A stretch of DNA of 64,000 nucleotides from NCBI RefSeq assembly GCF_024235695.1, contig NZ_JACKLX010000012.1; one strand, written 5' to 3'. This document shows, piece by piece, positions 32,192-43,724 of this stretch. The translations under genes and the position numbers were made by a program. This stretch comes from Accumulibacter sp. (GTDB taxonomy: Bacteria; Pseudomonadota; Gammaproteobacteria; Burkholderiales; Rhodocyclaceae). The notes under the pieces were generated by a model. That model worked only from the letters and a program-made list of their open reading frames with translations. It ran no database searches and was not told the origin of the DNA. Within the stretch, counting starts at the first letter, position 1, and each line of letters starts with the position of its first letter.

Positions 32192-33613
32192 ATGCCCCGC
32201 GATACCAAGATCGTAGCCACCCTCGGTCCCGAGTCTTCCGAGGCGGACGTGCTGGAACGTATGATCCAGGCCGGCGTCGACGTCGTACGCCTGAACTTCT
32301 CCCACGGCAAACCGCAGGACCATATCGCCCGCGCCCAACTGGTCCGCGAGGTGGCCGCCCGGGTCGGTCGGCCGGTCGGCATCCTGGCCGATTTGCAGGG
32401 GCCCAAGATCCGCATCGGAAAGTTCGCCGACCGCAGGATCCGCCTGGAAAAAGGGCAGGATTTCATTCTCGACGCCAAGTGCGAGTTGGGCGATGCCGAG
32501 CGCGTCGGCCTCGATTACAAGGACCTGCCGCGTGACGTGTCGGCCGGCAGCGTCCTGCTGCTCGATGACGGCCGTATCGTTCTCGACGTACAGCGAGTGC
32601 TCGGCTCGGAGATCTTCACTGTCGTCCGCCACGGCGGCGACCTGTCGGACAACAAGGGCATCAATCGGCAAGGCGGCGGACTTTCAGCCCCGGCGCTGAC
32701 CGCCAAGGACATGGACGATATCCGCACGGCGGCCAGCATCGACGTCGACTTCGTCGCCATATCGTTTCCCAAGAGCGCCGCCGACATGTACATGGCCAAG
32801 CAATTGATGCACGCCGCCGGCGGGCACGCGCTGACCATCGCCAAGATCGAGCGCGTCGAAGCGGTCGAGGCGCTCGAGGAGATCATTTCCGCGTCGGACG
32901 GAATCATGGTTGCCCGCGGCGATCTCGCGGTCGAAGTCGGCGACGCCGCCGTGCCGGCGCTGCAGAAGCGCATGATCCGCATGGCGCGCGAGAAGAACAA
33001 GCTGGCGATCACCGCGACGCAGATGATGGAGTCGATGATTCTCTCGCCGGCGCCGACCCGCGCCGAGGTCTCCGATGTCGCCAACGCGGTGCTCGACGGC
33101 ACCGACGCGGTGATGCTTTCCGCCGAAACGGCGGCCGGCAAGTTCCCGGTCGAAACGGTCGAGGCGATGGCCCGGATCTGTCTCGAGGCCGAAAAGTCCG
33201 CCGAAGTGACCCTCGAGCGCGAGTTTCTCAACCAGGTATTCACCCGCATCGACCAGACCATTTCCCTGGCGGCGATCTGGACGGCGCATCACCTCAAGGT
33301 CAAGGCCATCGCCGCGCTCACCGAGTCGGGATCGACCGCCCTCTGGATGAGCCGCCTGAACTGCGGCGTACCGGTCTATGCCCTGACCCCGCGGCCCGAA
33401 GCGCTGACCAAGATGAGCCTTTACCGGGCCGTCTTTCCCCTGTTCATGAACCAGCAACCGAGCAGCCGCGACGAACTGCTGCGCGACGCCGAGACGCTGC
33501 TGATGGAGCAGGGAATCGTCAAAAAGGGCGACTTCATCGTCCTCACCGCCGGCGAGCCGATGGGCAAGAGCGGCGGCACCAATACGCTGAAAATCGTTCG
33601 CGTCGGCGACTAG
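32192..33613 (+). CDS. pyk: Pyruvate kinase
   Basis: TKIVATLGP, RLNFSHG, DLQGPKIR, AKIER, MVARGDL, ATQMMESM, PTRAEVSDVANA. Confidence 0.97.
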   Translation: MPRDTKIVATLGPESSEADVLERMIQAGVDVVRLNFSHGKPQDHIARAQLVREVAARVGRPVGILADLQGPKIRIGKFADRRIRLEKGQDFILDAKCELGDAERVGLDYKDLPRDVSAGSVLLLDDGRIVLDVQRVLGSEIFTVVRHGGDLSDNKGINRQGGGLSAPALTAKDMDDIRTAASIDVDFVAISFPKSAADMYMAKQLMHAAGGHALTIAKIERVEAVEALEEIISASDGIMVARGDLAVEVGDAAVPALQKRMIRMAREKNKLAITATQMMESMILSPAPTRAEVSDVANAVLDGTDAVMLSAETAAGKFPVETVEAMARICLEAEKSAEVTLEREFLNQVFTRIDQTISLAAIWTAHHLKVKAIAALTESGSTALWMSRLNCGVPVYALTPRPEALTKMSLYRAVFPLFMNQQPSSRDELLRDAETLLMEQGIVKKGDFIVLTAGEPMGKSGGTNTLKIVRVGD

Positions 33614-33841
33614 CGGCGCCGCATGATCTGACCGCGGCGGCGAGGACAATGAAGTCACGCCGCGCGCCGCACGCTGTTCGCCGCCTGGTCGGGCGTTGCC
33701 GTAGACCCTCGCGGCCGTGGTGACGCCGCCGCCGCCGGCCCTGCCTCGTGCTGACGGGGACACCGGGCAGCGGACGATCTGCCCTATAATCCCCCGGCTC
33801 GACTCCCTTTCGATCCCCTATTTTCCGGACCGGACGAACAC

Positions 33842-34780
33842 GTGACCGACGCTCTCTTCGAATCGACGATCAACAGCCTGCCACGGATCGGCCGCGGCAA
33901 GGTGCGCGACATCTATGCCGTCGACCGCGACAAACTGCTGATTGTCACCACCGACCGCCTGTCGGCCTTCGACGTCATCCTGCCCGACCCGATTCCCGGC
34001 AAGGGCCGGGTGCTTACCCGACTGGCGTCCTTCTGGTTCGAAAAGCTTGCCGACATCGTCCCCAACCAGCTGACCGGCATCGACCCGGAATCGGTCGTTG
34101 CCGCCGACGAGCGCGCGCAGGTCCGCGGCCGCGCACTGGTCGTCAAGCGCTTGCGACCCTTGCCGATCGAAGCGGTCGTGCGCGGCTATCTGATCGGCTC
34201 CGGCTGGGCGGACTACCAGGCCAGCGGCAGTGTCTGTGGCATTGCGCTGCCGGCCGGGCTGCGGCTGGCCAGCCGCTTGCCGCGGCCGCTGTTTACCCCG
34301 GCGACGAAGGCGGCAATCGGCGATCACGACGAGAACGTCTCGTTCGAACGCGCCCGGGCCGACTGCGCGGCGAGTTTCGCCGACCTGCTGGCCACCACCG
34401 GCACCAGCGGTGGCCAGATTGCCGAACAGGCGCGCGACGCGGCGATCGCCCTCTACACCACCGCCGCCGAATTCGCCGCGGCGCGTGGCATCATCATCGC
34501 CGATAGCAAGTTCGAGTTCGGTCTCGATGATGCTGGAACGTTGCATCTGATCGACGAAGTGCTGACCCCGGACTCGTCGCGTTTCTGGCCGGCTGACGGC
34601 TACCGCGAAGGAACGAATCCGCCGTCCTACGACAAGCAGTACGTCCGTGATTACCTCGAGACGCTCGACTGGAACAAGCAGGCACCCGGTCCGCGGCTGC
34701 CGGCAGCGGTGATCGCCGGAACCCGTGCCAAGTATGCCGAGGCCTGCGAGCGACTGACCGGCGAAACCCTGGTTCGATGA
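33842..34780 (+). CDS. purC: SAICAR synthetase
   Basis: [57 protein letters not shown]. Confidence 0.96.
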   Translation: MTDALFESTINSLPRIGRGKVRDIYAVDRDKLLIVTTDRLSAFDVILPDPIPGKGRVLTRLASFWFEKLADIVPNQLTGIDPESVVAADERAQVRGRALVVKRLRPLPIEAVVRGYLIGSGWADYQASGSVCGIALPAGLRLASRLPRPLFTPATKAAIGDHDENVSFERARADCAASFADLLATTGTSGGQIAEQARDAAIALYTTAAEFAAARGIIIADSKFEFGLDDAGTLHLIDEVLTPDSSRFWPADGYREGTNPPSYDKQYVRDYLETLDWNKQAPGPRLPAAVIAGTRAKYAEACERLTGETLVR

Positions 34781-34837
34781 CCGTCGTCCGGAGGTGGCGC
34801 ACGAGCAGGCGTCGATGCCCTTCAGCAAGGAGAATGC

Positions 34838-35611
34838 ATGGCTCTGGAAGCTAGCCAACCCGAGCACTCCCGAACGCTGCCGAAGGTGCGCAGCGTCGCC
34901 CTCGGCCAGCCCTTCTACTGGCTCTCGGCCGGTTGGCGCGATCTTCGCACCAGCCCGATTGCCAGCCTCGCCTACGGCCTGCTTTTTGCCGTAGTCGGTG
35001 ACGTGATCACCATTTTCGCGTGGCGCAGCGGCCATATCTTCATCGCCGCCACGTCGGGCTTTTTCCTGATCGCGCCGCTGCTCGCCGGCGGCCTGTACGA
35101 GATCAGCCGGCGGCGCGAGCGCGGCGAGTCGTCGACCTTTTTCGGCTCGCTGGCGGCTGGCCGATACAACGCCCGCGAGCTCGCCAAGCTGGGCCTCTTG
35201 CTGGCGGTCATCGGCCTGACCTGGGAGCGCGTGTCGACCCTGCTTTTCCATCTGCTGGCGCCGCAACTTGCTCCGGATCTGCTGGTCCTGATTACCGCCA
35301 TGCCGACCAATCCCGAGCACCGCGACCTGCTGTTCATCTGGTTGATCAGCGGCGGCACGCTGGCCTTGCTCGTTTTCGCGATTACCGTCGTTTCGGTGCC
35401 AATGTTGCTCGACCGCAAGGTCGATTTCGTCACTGCCATGCGCACCAGCCTGCGTGCCGTCGACGCCAACCTGCGGGTGATGGTCCTGTGGACCTTCATG
35501 GTCGTGACGCTGACCGTGCTCAGCTTCGTCACGCTGTTCTTCGGCCTGATCGTGTTCATGCCGCTGATCGGCCATGCCTCGTGGCACGCCTACCGTGACC
35601 TTGTAGAATAG
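34838..35611 (+). CDS. DUF2189-family membrane protein
   Basis: WL.AGWRDL...P..SL.YG, GLYEISRR, P.LLDR, P.IGHASWHAYRDLV. Confidence 0.85.
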   Translation: MALEASQPEHSRTLPKVRSVALGQPFYWLSAGWRDLRTSPIASLAYGLLFAVVGDVITIFAWRSGHIFIAATSGFFLIAPLLAGGLYEISRRRERGESSTFFGSLAAGRYNARELAKLGLLLAVIGLTWERVSTLLFHLLAPQLAPDLLVLITAMPTNPEHRDLLFIWLISGGTLALLVFAITVVSVPMLLDRKVDFVTAMRTSLRAVDANLRVMVLWTFMVVTLTVLSFVTLFFGLIVFMPLIGHASWHAYRDLVE

Positions 35612-35670
35612 GGACCCGTCACCGGCTGCCTGCGCCGGATGACCCTTACTCTCGAACCACGGATGCCTCG

Positions 35671-37758
35671 ATGACCGTCACTACCCCCGGCGACAACCCG
35701 CTACTCGATTTTTCCGGCCTGCCGCGTTTCGACGCCATCGCGCCGTCCGACGTACAGCCGGCGATCAGCAGGCTGCTCGACGACTGCCGCGCGCTGATCG
35801 AGCGCCTGACTTCGGATCCGCGCGCCGCGACCTGGGACAATTTCGCCGCGCCGCTGAGCGACGGACTCGAGCCGCTGTCGCGCGCCTGGGGCATCGTCGG
35901 TCATCTGCACTCGGTCAATGACGTCCCCGCCTGGCGCGATGCCTACAACCGCCTGCTGCCCGAGGTCACGCGCTTCTACGCCGAAGTCGGTCAGAACCTG
36001 CAGCTGTTCGCGCGCTACAAGGCGATTGCCGAGAGCAGTGAATACGCCGGCCTGTCGGCTGCCCGGCGCCGGATCGTGGACAACGAGCTGCGCGACTTCC
36101 GGCTCGCCGGCGCCGAGCTGCCGGAAGACCGCAAGCCGCGCTTTCAGGCGATCGCCGAGGAGCTCTCGCAGCTCTCGGCGAAGTTCTCGGAAAACCTGCT
36201 CGACGCGACCAACGCTTTCACCGAACTGGTCACCGACCAGGCCGAGCTGGCCGGCCTGCCCGACGACGTCCGTCAGGCCGCCCGCGAGGCGGCCGCCAGC
36301 GACGGCCACAGCGGCTGGAAGTTCACCCTGCACATGCCGTCGTACCTGCCGGTGATGCAGTACGCCGACAGTCGCCGGCTGCGCGCCGCGATGTACCGCG
36401 CCTACGCCACGCGCGCCGCTGAGTTCGGCGCCGCCGAACTCGACAACACGCCGCTGATCCGCCGGATCCTGCTGCTCCGCCGCGAAGAAGCGCAGATGCT
36501 CGGCTACGGCAACTTCGCCGAAGTTTCGCTGGTGCCGAAAATGGCCAGCTCGCTGCCGCAAGTGCTCGGCTTCCTGCGCGACCTGGCGGTCAGGGCCAGG
36601 CCTTTTGCCGAGCAGGATATCGCCGACCTGCGTGCATTTGCCCGCCGCGAGCTGCAGCTCGAGACGATGGAGGCGTGGGACGTCGGCTACGTTTCGGAAA
36701 AGCTGCTGCAGAAACGCTACGCCTTCTCCGAGCAGGAGGTGAAGCAGTACTTCACCGAGGACAAGGTCATCGCCGGACTCTTCCAGGTCATCGAAACGCT
36801 GTTCGGCGTCCGCCTCAAGCCCGATCGTGCGCCGGTCTGGCACCCGGACGTCCGCTTCTACCGCATCGAGACGCCGGCCGGCGAACTGCTCGGCCAGTTC
36901 TACCTCGACCTCTACGCCCGCGACACCAAGCGCGGTGGCGCCTGGATGGACGAAGCCGTGGCGCGCCGCCGGCTGTTGCCGGCGTCGGCAGCCAGCGACG
37001 GCGTCCAGAAACCGGTCGCTTACCTCAACTGCAATTTCTCGCGACCGGTCGGCGAGAAGGACGGCCAGGCGCGGCCGGCGACCTTCAGCCACGACGACGT
37101 GATCACCCTTTTCCACGAAACCGGCCACGGTCTGCATCACCTGCTGACGCGGGTCGATGAGCTGGCCGTCGCCGGCATTCACGGAGTCGAATGGGACGCC
37201 GTCGAATTGCCGTCGCAGTTCATGGAGAACTACTGCTGGGAATGGCGCGTGGTGCAGGGGATGAGCGCGCATATCGACAGCGGCGAGCCACTGCCGCGCG
37301 CCCTGTTCGACAAGATGCTGGCGGCGAAGAACTTCCTCAGCGGCATGCAGACGCTGCGGCAGATCGAGTTTTCGCTCTTCGACCTGCTGCTGCACAGCGA
37401 TTTCGATCCGGCCGGCGACCGCGGCCCGCTCGATCTGCTCGCCGACGTGCGGCGTGAAGTGGCGGTGATCGTGCCGCCCGGCTGGCATCGTTTCCCGAAC
37501 AGCTTCGGTCACATCTTCGCCGGCGGCTACGGCGCCGGCTACTACAGCTACAAATGGGCCGAGGTTCTCTCGGCCGACTGCTACGGCGCTTTCGAAGAGG
37601 CCGGCAACCCCTTCGACCCGACTATCGGCGAGCGCTTCCTGAGCACCATCCTGTCGATGGGCGGCAGTCGCCCGGCGATCGACAACTTCCGTGCCTTCCG
37701 CGGTCGCGAACCGCAGGTGGACGCGCTGCTCAGGCACAGTGGCATGATCACCGCATGA
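35671..37758 (+). CDS. prlC: Oligopeptidase A (peptidase M3)
   Basis: NPLL, KRGGAWM, FHETGHGLHH, WDAVELPSQFMEN, GYYSYKWAEVLSAD, FRGREP. Confidence 0.95.
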   Translation: MTVTTPGDNPLLDFSGLPRFDAIAPSDVQPAISRLLDDCRALIERLTSDPRAATWDNFAAPLSDGLEPLSRAWGIVGHLHSVNDVPAWRDAYNRLLPEVTRFYAEVGQNLQLFARYKAIAESSEYAGLSAARRRIVDNELRDFRLAGAELPEDRKPRFQAIAEELSQLSAKFSENLLDATNAFTELVTDQAELAGLPDDVRQAAREAAASDGHSGWKFTLHMPSYLPVMQYADSRRLRAAMYRAYATRAAEFGAAELDNTPLIRRILLLRREEAQMLGYGNFAEVSLVPKMASSLPQVLGFLRDLAVRARPFAEQDIADLRAFARRELQLETMEAWDVGYVSEKLLQKRYAFSEQEVKQYFTEDKVIAGLFQVIETLFGVRLKPDRAPVWHPDVRFYRIETPAGELLGQFYLDLYARDTKRGGAWMDEAVARRRLLPASAASDGVQKPVAYLNCNFSRPVGEKDGQARPATFSHDDVITLFHETGHGLHHLLTRVDELAVAGIHGVEWDAVELPSQFMENYCWEWRVVQGMSAHIDSGEPLPRALFDKMLAAKNFLSGMQTLRQIEFSLFDLLLHSDFDPAGDRGPLDLLADVRREVAVIVPPGWHRFPNSFGHIFAGGYGAGYYSYKWAEVLSADCYGAFEEAGNPFDPTIGERFLSTILSMGGSRPAIDNFRAFRGREPQVDALLRHSGMITA

Positions 37759-37771
37759 AAGGAGTCGCCCC

Positions 37772-38287
37772 ATGCTTGCTCCCGCCCGACGCCGCATCGC
37801 CCGCATCGCCCTGATGTTGCTGGCGACCACCGCCGTCAGCGCGCAGACCACTTACCGCTGGCTCGATCCGACCACCGGCCGGACGGTGATCTCCGACCTG
37901 CCGCCGCCTCCCGGCGCACGACAGGTGGTGATCTACGAGGGCTCCGGCGCCGGCGAACCGCAGCCGCTTTCCTACGCCACGCGCCAGGCCAGCGAGAAAT
38001 TCCCGGTCGTGCTGTACACCAGCGCCGGCTGTAGCGCTTGCGAGGAGGCACGTGCGCTGCTCAACCGGCGCGGCGTTCCATTCTCCGAAAAGCTGCTGCG
38101 CAGCCAGGAAGAACTCACCGAACTCGGCCGGCAGCTGGGCGGCAACGCGACGCTGCCGAGCGTCACCGTCGGCCGGCAAAGCGCCACCGGCTTCGTCCCC
38201 GGCCACTGGAACGAACTGCTCGACCTGGCCGGCTATCCGGCGACCGCGCCCTACGGCTTCACGCCATCCGGCCCGCCGGCACAATAG
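37772..38287 (+). CDS. DUF4124 + glutaredoxin-like protein
   Basis: YRWLDP.TG....SD.PPP then VVLYT..CSAC...RGVPF.EK. Confidence 0.8.
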   Translation: MLAPARRRIARIALMLLATTAVSAQTTYRWLDPTTGRTVISDLPPPPGARQVVIYEGSGAGEPQPLSYATRQASEKFPVVLYTSAGCSACEEARALLNRRGVPFSEKLLRSQEELTELGRQLGGNATLPSVTVGRQSATGFVPGHWNELLDLAGYPATAPYGFTPSGPPAQ

Positions 38288-38569
38288 GGCCTGCTTGCCC
38301 ACCGCGCTTCCCTGGCGCGCTTCCGCGCCCGGCAACTTCCGCGTGCGTCATCGACAGCCGCCAGCGCTGGCGATCGAAACGCCAGCCGAACGCCGCGTGG
38401 ACGGTGATCGTGTGACGATGCCGACCGTCGTCGGGCGGCCTGCCGACGAGCAGCGACCACCGGCCCCAGGGTCGCCGTAAGCGCACCGCCGCCGCCTTCC
38501 GCGGCGCCTGCCGCTGGCGTACCATGCCGGGAAAGCAACAAGACCCTCACCTAGCACAGGGTATGCCGA

Positions 38570-40960
38570 GTGCCCAACAAGCAGAACCTCACCGAGCGCG
38601 ACATCTGTTCGCAGTACATCAATCCTGCCCTGCAGCAGGCAGGCTGGGATTTCGCCACGCAGGTCCGCGAAGAGGTCAGCTTCACCAAAGGGCGTGTCAT
38701 CGTGCGCGGCAAGCTGCACGGCAGGGGCCGGCAGAAGCGCGCCGATTACATCCTCTATTTCGCCCCCAACCTGCCGATCGCCGTGATCGAGGCCAAGGAC
38801 AACACGCACGCGGTCGGCGCCGGCATGCAGCAGGCGCTCGGCTACGCCGAGTCGCTGGCCATTCCCTTTGCCTTCAGCAGCAACGGCGACGCCTTCCAGA
38901 TGCACGACCGGACCGGGCAGAGCACGCCGATCGAGCGCCAACTGACTCTTGCCAACTTCCCCTCGCCGGCAGACCTCTGGCAACGCTATTGCTGCTGGAA
39001 AGGCATCGCCAGCCCCGAAAAGCGCGCCACGGTCGAAACGCCCTACCACGATGACGGCAGCGGCAAGACGCCGCGCTACTACCAGGTCAATGCCATCAAC
39101 AGCTGCATCGAAGCCATCGCCAGGGGACAGAAGCGCATCCTGCTGGTGATGGCGACCGGCACGGGCAAGAGCTATACCGCTTTCCAGATCATCTGGCGGC
39201 TGTGGAAATCGAGGAACAAGAAGCGCATCCTCTTCCTCGCCGACCGCAACATCCTGGTCGACCAGACCCGAACCAACGACTTCAGGCCCTTCGGCCCGGC
39301 GATGACCAAGATCGTCAACCGGCAGGCCAACAAGGCCTTCGAGATCTACCTCGCGCTGTACCAGGCGGTCACCGGCAACGAGGAGGCGCAGAACATCTAC
39401 CGGCAGTTCTCACCCGACTTCTTCGACCTGGTGGTGATCGACGAATGTCACCGCGGCAGCGCTGCCGAAGATTCCGCCTGGCGCGAAATCCTCGACTACT
39501 TCAGCCATGCCACGCACATCGGCCTCACCGCGACGCCCAGGGAAACCCGGGACGTTTCCAACATCCACTACTTCGGCGAACCGGTATACACCTACACCCT
39601 GCGGCAGGGCATAGCCGACGGCTTCCTCGCCCCGTACAAGGTCGTGCGCATCGACATCGACAAGGACCTGCAAGGCTGGCGCCCGAACAAGGATCAGACC
39701 GACAGGAACGGCCGGCTGATCGCAGACCGCATCTACAACCAGAAGGACTTCGACCGCACGCTGGTCCTCGAAAAACGCACCGAACTCGTCGCCCGCAAGA
39801 TCACCGAGTATCTCCGGGCGATCGACCCCTGGGCCAAGACCATCGTCTTCTGCGAAGACATCGACCACGCCGAGCGCATGCGCCAGGCACTGGTCAATCT
39901 CAACCCCGAACGCATCGCCGAAAACCGCAAATACGTCATGCGCATCACCGGCGACGAGCCGGAAGGCAAGGCCGAGCTCGACAACTTCATCGACCCGGAG
40001 AGCCGCTATCCGGTGATCGCCACCACCAGCAAGCTGCTGACCACCGGCGTCGATGCCCAGACCTGCAAGCTGATCGTCCTCGACCAGCGCATCCAGTCGA
40101 TGACCGAGTTCAAGCAGATCATCGGGCGTGGCACGCGCATCAACGAGGACTACGACAAGTTCTGGTTCACCATCATGGACTTCAAGAAGGCCAGCGAGCT
40201 GTTCGCCGACCCGGCCTTCGACGGCGACCCGGTGCAGATCTTCGAGCCGAAGGAGGGCGAGCTGCCCGTTCCGCCCGATCCGCCGGATCTGCCGGATCTG
40301 CCGGGCGACGAGCCACCCCTGCCGCCGCCCCAGCCACCGCTGCCACCGCTGCCGCCGCTGCCGCCGGACGGCGAACCGCGCATCAAGTACGTCATCGGTG
40401 GCGAAGTCACCGTCTATGTCGTCGCCGAGCGCGTGCAGTACTACGGCCCCGACGGCCGCCTGATCACCGAATCGCTCAAGGACTACAGCCGCCGCGCGGT
40501 GCGCAAGGAATTCGCCTCGCTCGACGACTTCCTGCGCCGCTGGACCACCGCCGACAAGAAGCAGGCGGTGATCGACGAGCTGGAAGCGCAGGGCGTGCTG
40601 CTCGAGGCGCTGGCCGATGAAGTCGGCAAGAAGCTCGGCAAGGACGGCAAGGCCTTCGACCCCTTCGATCTCGTTTGCCACGTCGCCTTCGACCGGCCGC
40701 CGCTCTCCCGCCGCGAACGCGCCGAACAGATCAGCAAGCGCGACGTCTTCGCCAGGTACGGCGAGCAGGCGAGGGCGGTGCTGGAGGCCTTGGTCGAAAA
40801 GTACGCCGACACCGGCATTCAGGACATCGAGAACATCAGCGTCCTCACCCTCGACCCGTTCAACAAGCTTGGCACGCCGCACGAACTGGTCGGCGCCTTC
40901 GGCGGCCGACCGGCCTACCTGCAGGCCGTTCACGATCTCGAACAACAACTCTACGCCTGA
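38570..40960 (+). CDS. hsdR: Type I restriction enzyme R subunit (EcoAI/EcoEI-like)
   Basis: ADYIL...IAVIEAK nuclease motif, [39 protein letters not shown]. Confidence 0.95.
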   Translation: MPNKQNLTERDICSQYINPALQQAGWDFATQVREEVSFTKGRVIVRGKLHGRGRQKRADYILYFAPNLPIAVIEAKDNTHAVGAGMQQALGYAESLAIPFAFSSNGDAFQMHDRTGQSTPIERQLTLANFPSPADLWQRYCCWKGIASPEKRATVETPYHDDGSGKTPRYYQVNAINSCIEAIARGQKRILLVMATGTGKSYTAFQIIWRLWKSRNKKRILFLADRNILVDQTRTNDFRPFGPAMTKIVNRQANKAFEIYLALYQAVTGNEEAQNIYRQFSPDFFDLVVIDECHRGSAAEDSAWREILDYFSHATHIGLTATPRETRDVSNIHYFGEPVYTYTLRQGIADGFLAPYKVVRIDIDKDLQGWRPNKDQTDRNGRLIADRIYNQKDFDRTLVLEKRTELVARKITEYLRAIDPWAKTIVFCEDIDHAERMRQALVNLNPERIAENRKYVMRITGDEPEGKAELDNFIDPESRYPVIATTSKLLTTGVDAQTCKLIVLDQRIQSMTEFKQIIGRGTRINEDYDKFWFTIMDFKKASELFADPAFDGDPVQIFEPKEGELPVPPDPPDLPDLPGDEPPLPPPQPPLPPLPPLPPDGEPRIKYVIGGEVTVYVVAERVQYYGPDGRLITESLKDYSRRAVRKEFASLDDFLRRWTTADKKQAVIDELEAQGVLLEALADEVGKKLGKDGKAFDPFDLVCHVAFDRPPLSRRERAEQISKRDVFARYGEQARAVLEALVEKYADTGIQDIENISVLTLDPFNKLGTPHELVGAFGGRPAYLQAVHDLEQQLYA

Positions 40961-40972
40961 GCCGCCCACCCC

Positions 40973-42418
40973 ATGTCAATCAGCACCAGCATCAAATCAA
41001 TCCAGGACATCATGCGCAAGGACGTCGGCGTCGACGGCGACGCGCAGCGCATCGGTCAGCTGGTCTGGATGTTCTTCCTCAAGATCTACGACGACAAGGA
41101 AAGCGAGTACGAACTGCTCGACGAGCACTACCGTTCGCCGATCCCCGAGTCGTTGCGCTGGCGCAACTGGGCGGCCGACGCCGAAGGCATCACCGGCGAC
41201 GAGCTGCTCGACTTCATCGACAACCAGCTCTTTCCGACGCTCAAGGACCTGCAGCCGGCGCACGACGACCAGCGCGGCTTCGTCATCCGCAGCGTCTTCG
41301 AGGATGCCTACAACTACATGAAGTCCGGCCACCTGATGCGCCAGGTGATCAACAAGATCGTCGGCGGCTTCGACTTCAACAAGGCCCAGGATCGGCATCT
41401 CTTCGGCGACCTCTACGAACAAATCCTGCGCGACCTGCAGAACGCCGGTAACGCCGGTGAGTACTACACGCCAAGGCCGATCACCCGGTTCATTGTCGAC
41501 ATGATCGACCCGCAGCTCGGCGAGAAGATCGTCGACCCGGCCTGCGGCACCGGCGGCTTCCTCACCTGCGCCATCGAGCACCTGCGCCAGCACCAGGTCA
41601 AGACCGTCGACGACGAGCAGCGCCTGCAGCAGAGCATCCACGGCGTCGAAAAGAAGCCGCTGCCGCACCTGCTGTGCACCACCAACATGATCCTGCACGG
41701 GCTCGATGTGCCGACCAACGTCCGTCACGACAACACCCTCGCGCGGCCCTTGCGCGACTACGGCCCGAGGGATCGGGTCAACGTCATCATCACCAATCCG
41801 CCCTTTGGCGGCATGGAAGAAGACGGCATCGAGAACAACTTTCCGGCGACCTTCCGCACGCGGGAAACCGCCGATCTCTTTCTGGTCCTGATCATGCACC
41901 TGCTCAAGGACGGCGGTCGCGCCGCGCTGGTGCTGCCCGACGGCACGCTGTTCGGCGAAGGCATCAAGACGCGCATCAAGGAGCAGCTGCTCACCACCTG
42001 CAATCTGCACACCATCGTCCGCCTGCCCAACGGCGTCTTCAATCCCTACACCGGCATCAAGACCAACCTGCTGTTCTTCACCAAGGGCACGCCGACCGAG
42101 GAGGTCTGGTTCTACGAGCATCCCTATCCGCCGGGCGTCAAGAACTACAACAAGACCAGGCCGATGCGGATCGAGGAGTTCGATGCCGAGAAATCCTGGT
42201 GGAACGACCGGGTCGAGAACAAGTACGCCTGGAGGGTCAGCGCCGACGACATCAAGGCGCGCAACTACAACCTCGACATCAAGAATCCGCACAGCCCGGA
42301 AGCCATCGTGCACGATCCGGATGTGCTGCTCGCCGATTATGCGAAGTTGCAGCGGCGAATCGGCGATACGCGCGACCAGCTCAAGGCCGTGCTCGCTGCC
42401 GCATTGAGCAACGGCTAA
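40973..42418 (+). CDS. hsdM: Type I restriction-modification M subunit (m6A methyltransferase)
   Basis: GEYYTPR, DPACGTGGFL, TNPPFGG, VLPDGTLF. Confidence 0.95.
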   Translation: MSISTSIKSIQDIMRKDVGVDGDAQRIGQLVWMFFLKIYDDKESEYELLDEHYRSPIPESLRWRNWAADAEGITGDELLDFIDNQLFPTLKDLQPAHDDQRGFVIRSVFEDAYNYMKSGHLMRQVINKIVGGFDFNKAQDRHLFGDLYEQILRDLQNAGNAGEYYTPRPITRFIVDMIDPQLGEKIVDPACGTGGFLTCAIEHLRQHQVKTVDDEQRLQQSIHGVEKKPLPHLLCTTNMILHGLDVPTNVRHDNTLARPLRDYGPRDRVNVIITNPPFGGMEEDGIENNFPATFRTRETADLFLVLIMHLLKDGGRAALVLPDGTLFGEGIKTRIKEQLLTTCNLHTIVRLPNGVFNPYTGIKTNLLFFTKGTPTEEVWFYEHPYPPGVKNYNKTRPMRIEEFDAEKSWWNDRVENKYAWRVSADDIKARNYNLDIKNPHSPEAIVHDPDVLLADYAKLQRRIGDTRDQLKAVLAAALSNG

Positions 42419-42445
42419 GCCCTTTATCCCGAAGCGAGAGTCGCC

Positions 42446-42703
42446 ATGCCCGTCATCAGCCGATTTCTGGGAATCGTCATTTCCATGTTCTGGAACGACC
42501 ATGCCCCGCCGCACTTCCACGCCAGATATGGCGAATACGAAATCACCGTAAACATCGACAACGGCGTTGTCGAAGGGAAATTCCCTCAGCGTGCACTGCG
42601 GCATGTGCTCGAATGGTACGGGCTGCACCAGGAAGAACTACGGAGGAACTGGGAACTATGCCGCCAGTCGCAGCTACCAACGCCCATTGAACCGCTGGAG
42701 TAA
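42446..42703 (+). CDS. DUF4160-family protein (putative toxin)
   Basis: MPVISRFLGIVISM...DHAPPHFHARYG...W...HQEEL..NW...IEPL. Confidence 0.88.
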   Translation: MPVISRFLGIVISMFWNDHAPPHFHARYGEYEITVNIDNGVVEGKFPQRALRHVLEWYGLHQEELRRNWELCRQSQLPTPIEPLE

Positions 42704-42707
42704 GAGC

Positions 42708-42995
42708 ATGTTTCTGCACATAAAGGAAGCCCAGTACCTGGGCGATTACAGGATCGCCGTCACCTTCAACAACGGCCAGGCGGGCATTGCCGACCTCGGC
42801 GAGGTCTTGCAAGGCGGCGTCTTTGACGCGCTCAAGGACAAGAACGAATTCGCCAAACTACGGGTCGACGCGGAGCTTGAAACCATCGCCTGGCCGAATG
42901 GTGCTGATCTGGCGCCGGAGTTCGTCTATTTCCAGGCGTTCAAGGACGACCCGCTACTGCAGCAGCAATTCAAGGCCTGGGGCTACGCGACGTGA
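42708..42995 (+). CDS. DUF2442-family protein (putative antitoxin)
   Basis: Y.I.V.F.NG..G..DL...F..LKD...F...TIAWPNGADLAPE; stop overlaps the hsdS GTG. Confidence 0.85.
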   Translation: MFLHIKEAQYLGDYRIAVTFNNGQAGIADLGEVLQGGVFDALKDKNEFAKLRVDAELETIAWPNGADLAPEFVYFQAFKDDPLLQQQFKAWGYAT

Positions 42996-43724
42996 GTGTC
43001 CGCCTGCTGGAGCAGCTCGACCTCATCGCCGACGCACCGAACGGCATTCAGAAGCTGCGCGGGCTGATCCTCGAACTGGCGGTGCGCGGCAAGCTTGTTT
43101 CGGTTGATACAGAGCTGTCAGCGACAATAACGCTGGGTGAAGTTGGGAAATGGGCTGTTGGCAGTGGATTTCCAACGGCAGAGCAGGGAAAACTCGGGCT
43201 GGAGATTCTGTTCGCGAAGGTCAGCGACATGAACTTGCCCGAGAACAAAAGATTTATCAGCGTAACCAACCACACCATTTCGAGAGAGTCCGCGAAGCGT
43301 CTCAAGGTAAATATCCATCCGACTGGCACCGTGGTCTTTCCAAAAATTGGCGGCGCGATCGCAACGAACAAGCGTCGCGTTCTGGTTCAAGACACCGCGA
43401 TCGACAACAATTGTCTTGGGATAACGCCAAAGACAGGTATCGATTCGGACTGGCTATTTGTTCTTTTGAGTTCGATAGACCTTACTAAGTATCAAGCGGG
43501 TACCTCAGTTCCCGCATTGGCTCAGGGGATCTTGTCGGAAATTCCGGTGTTATTACCTCCCCTCGCCGAACAAAACCGCATCGTCGCCAAAGTCGACGAA
43601 CTGATGGCTCTCTGCGACCGGATGGAAGCGGAGCGGGCGGACGCGGAGAGCGCCCACAACACCCTCGTTCACACCCTGCTCGCCACCCTCACACAAAGCG
43701 CCGATGCCGCCGAACTCGCCGCCA
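42992..43724 (+). pseudogene. hsdS: hsdS 5' half (conserved N-terminus + TRD1 + part of central conserved helix), interrupted
   Basis: KLRGLILELAVRGKLV, lower-GC TRD, LPPLAEQNRIVAKVDELMALCD; the frame continues into IS sequence and stops at 43843. Confidence 0.88.
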
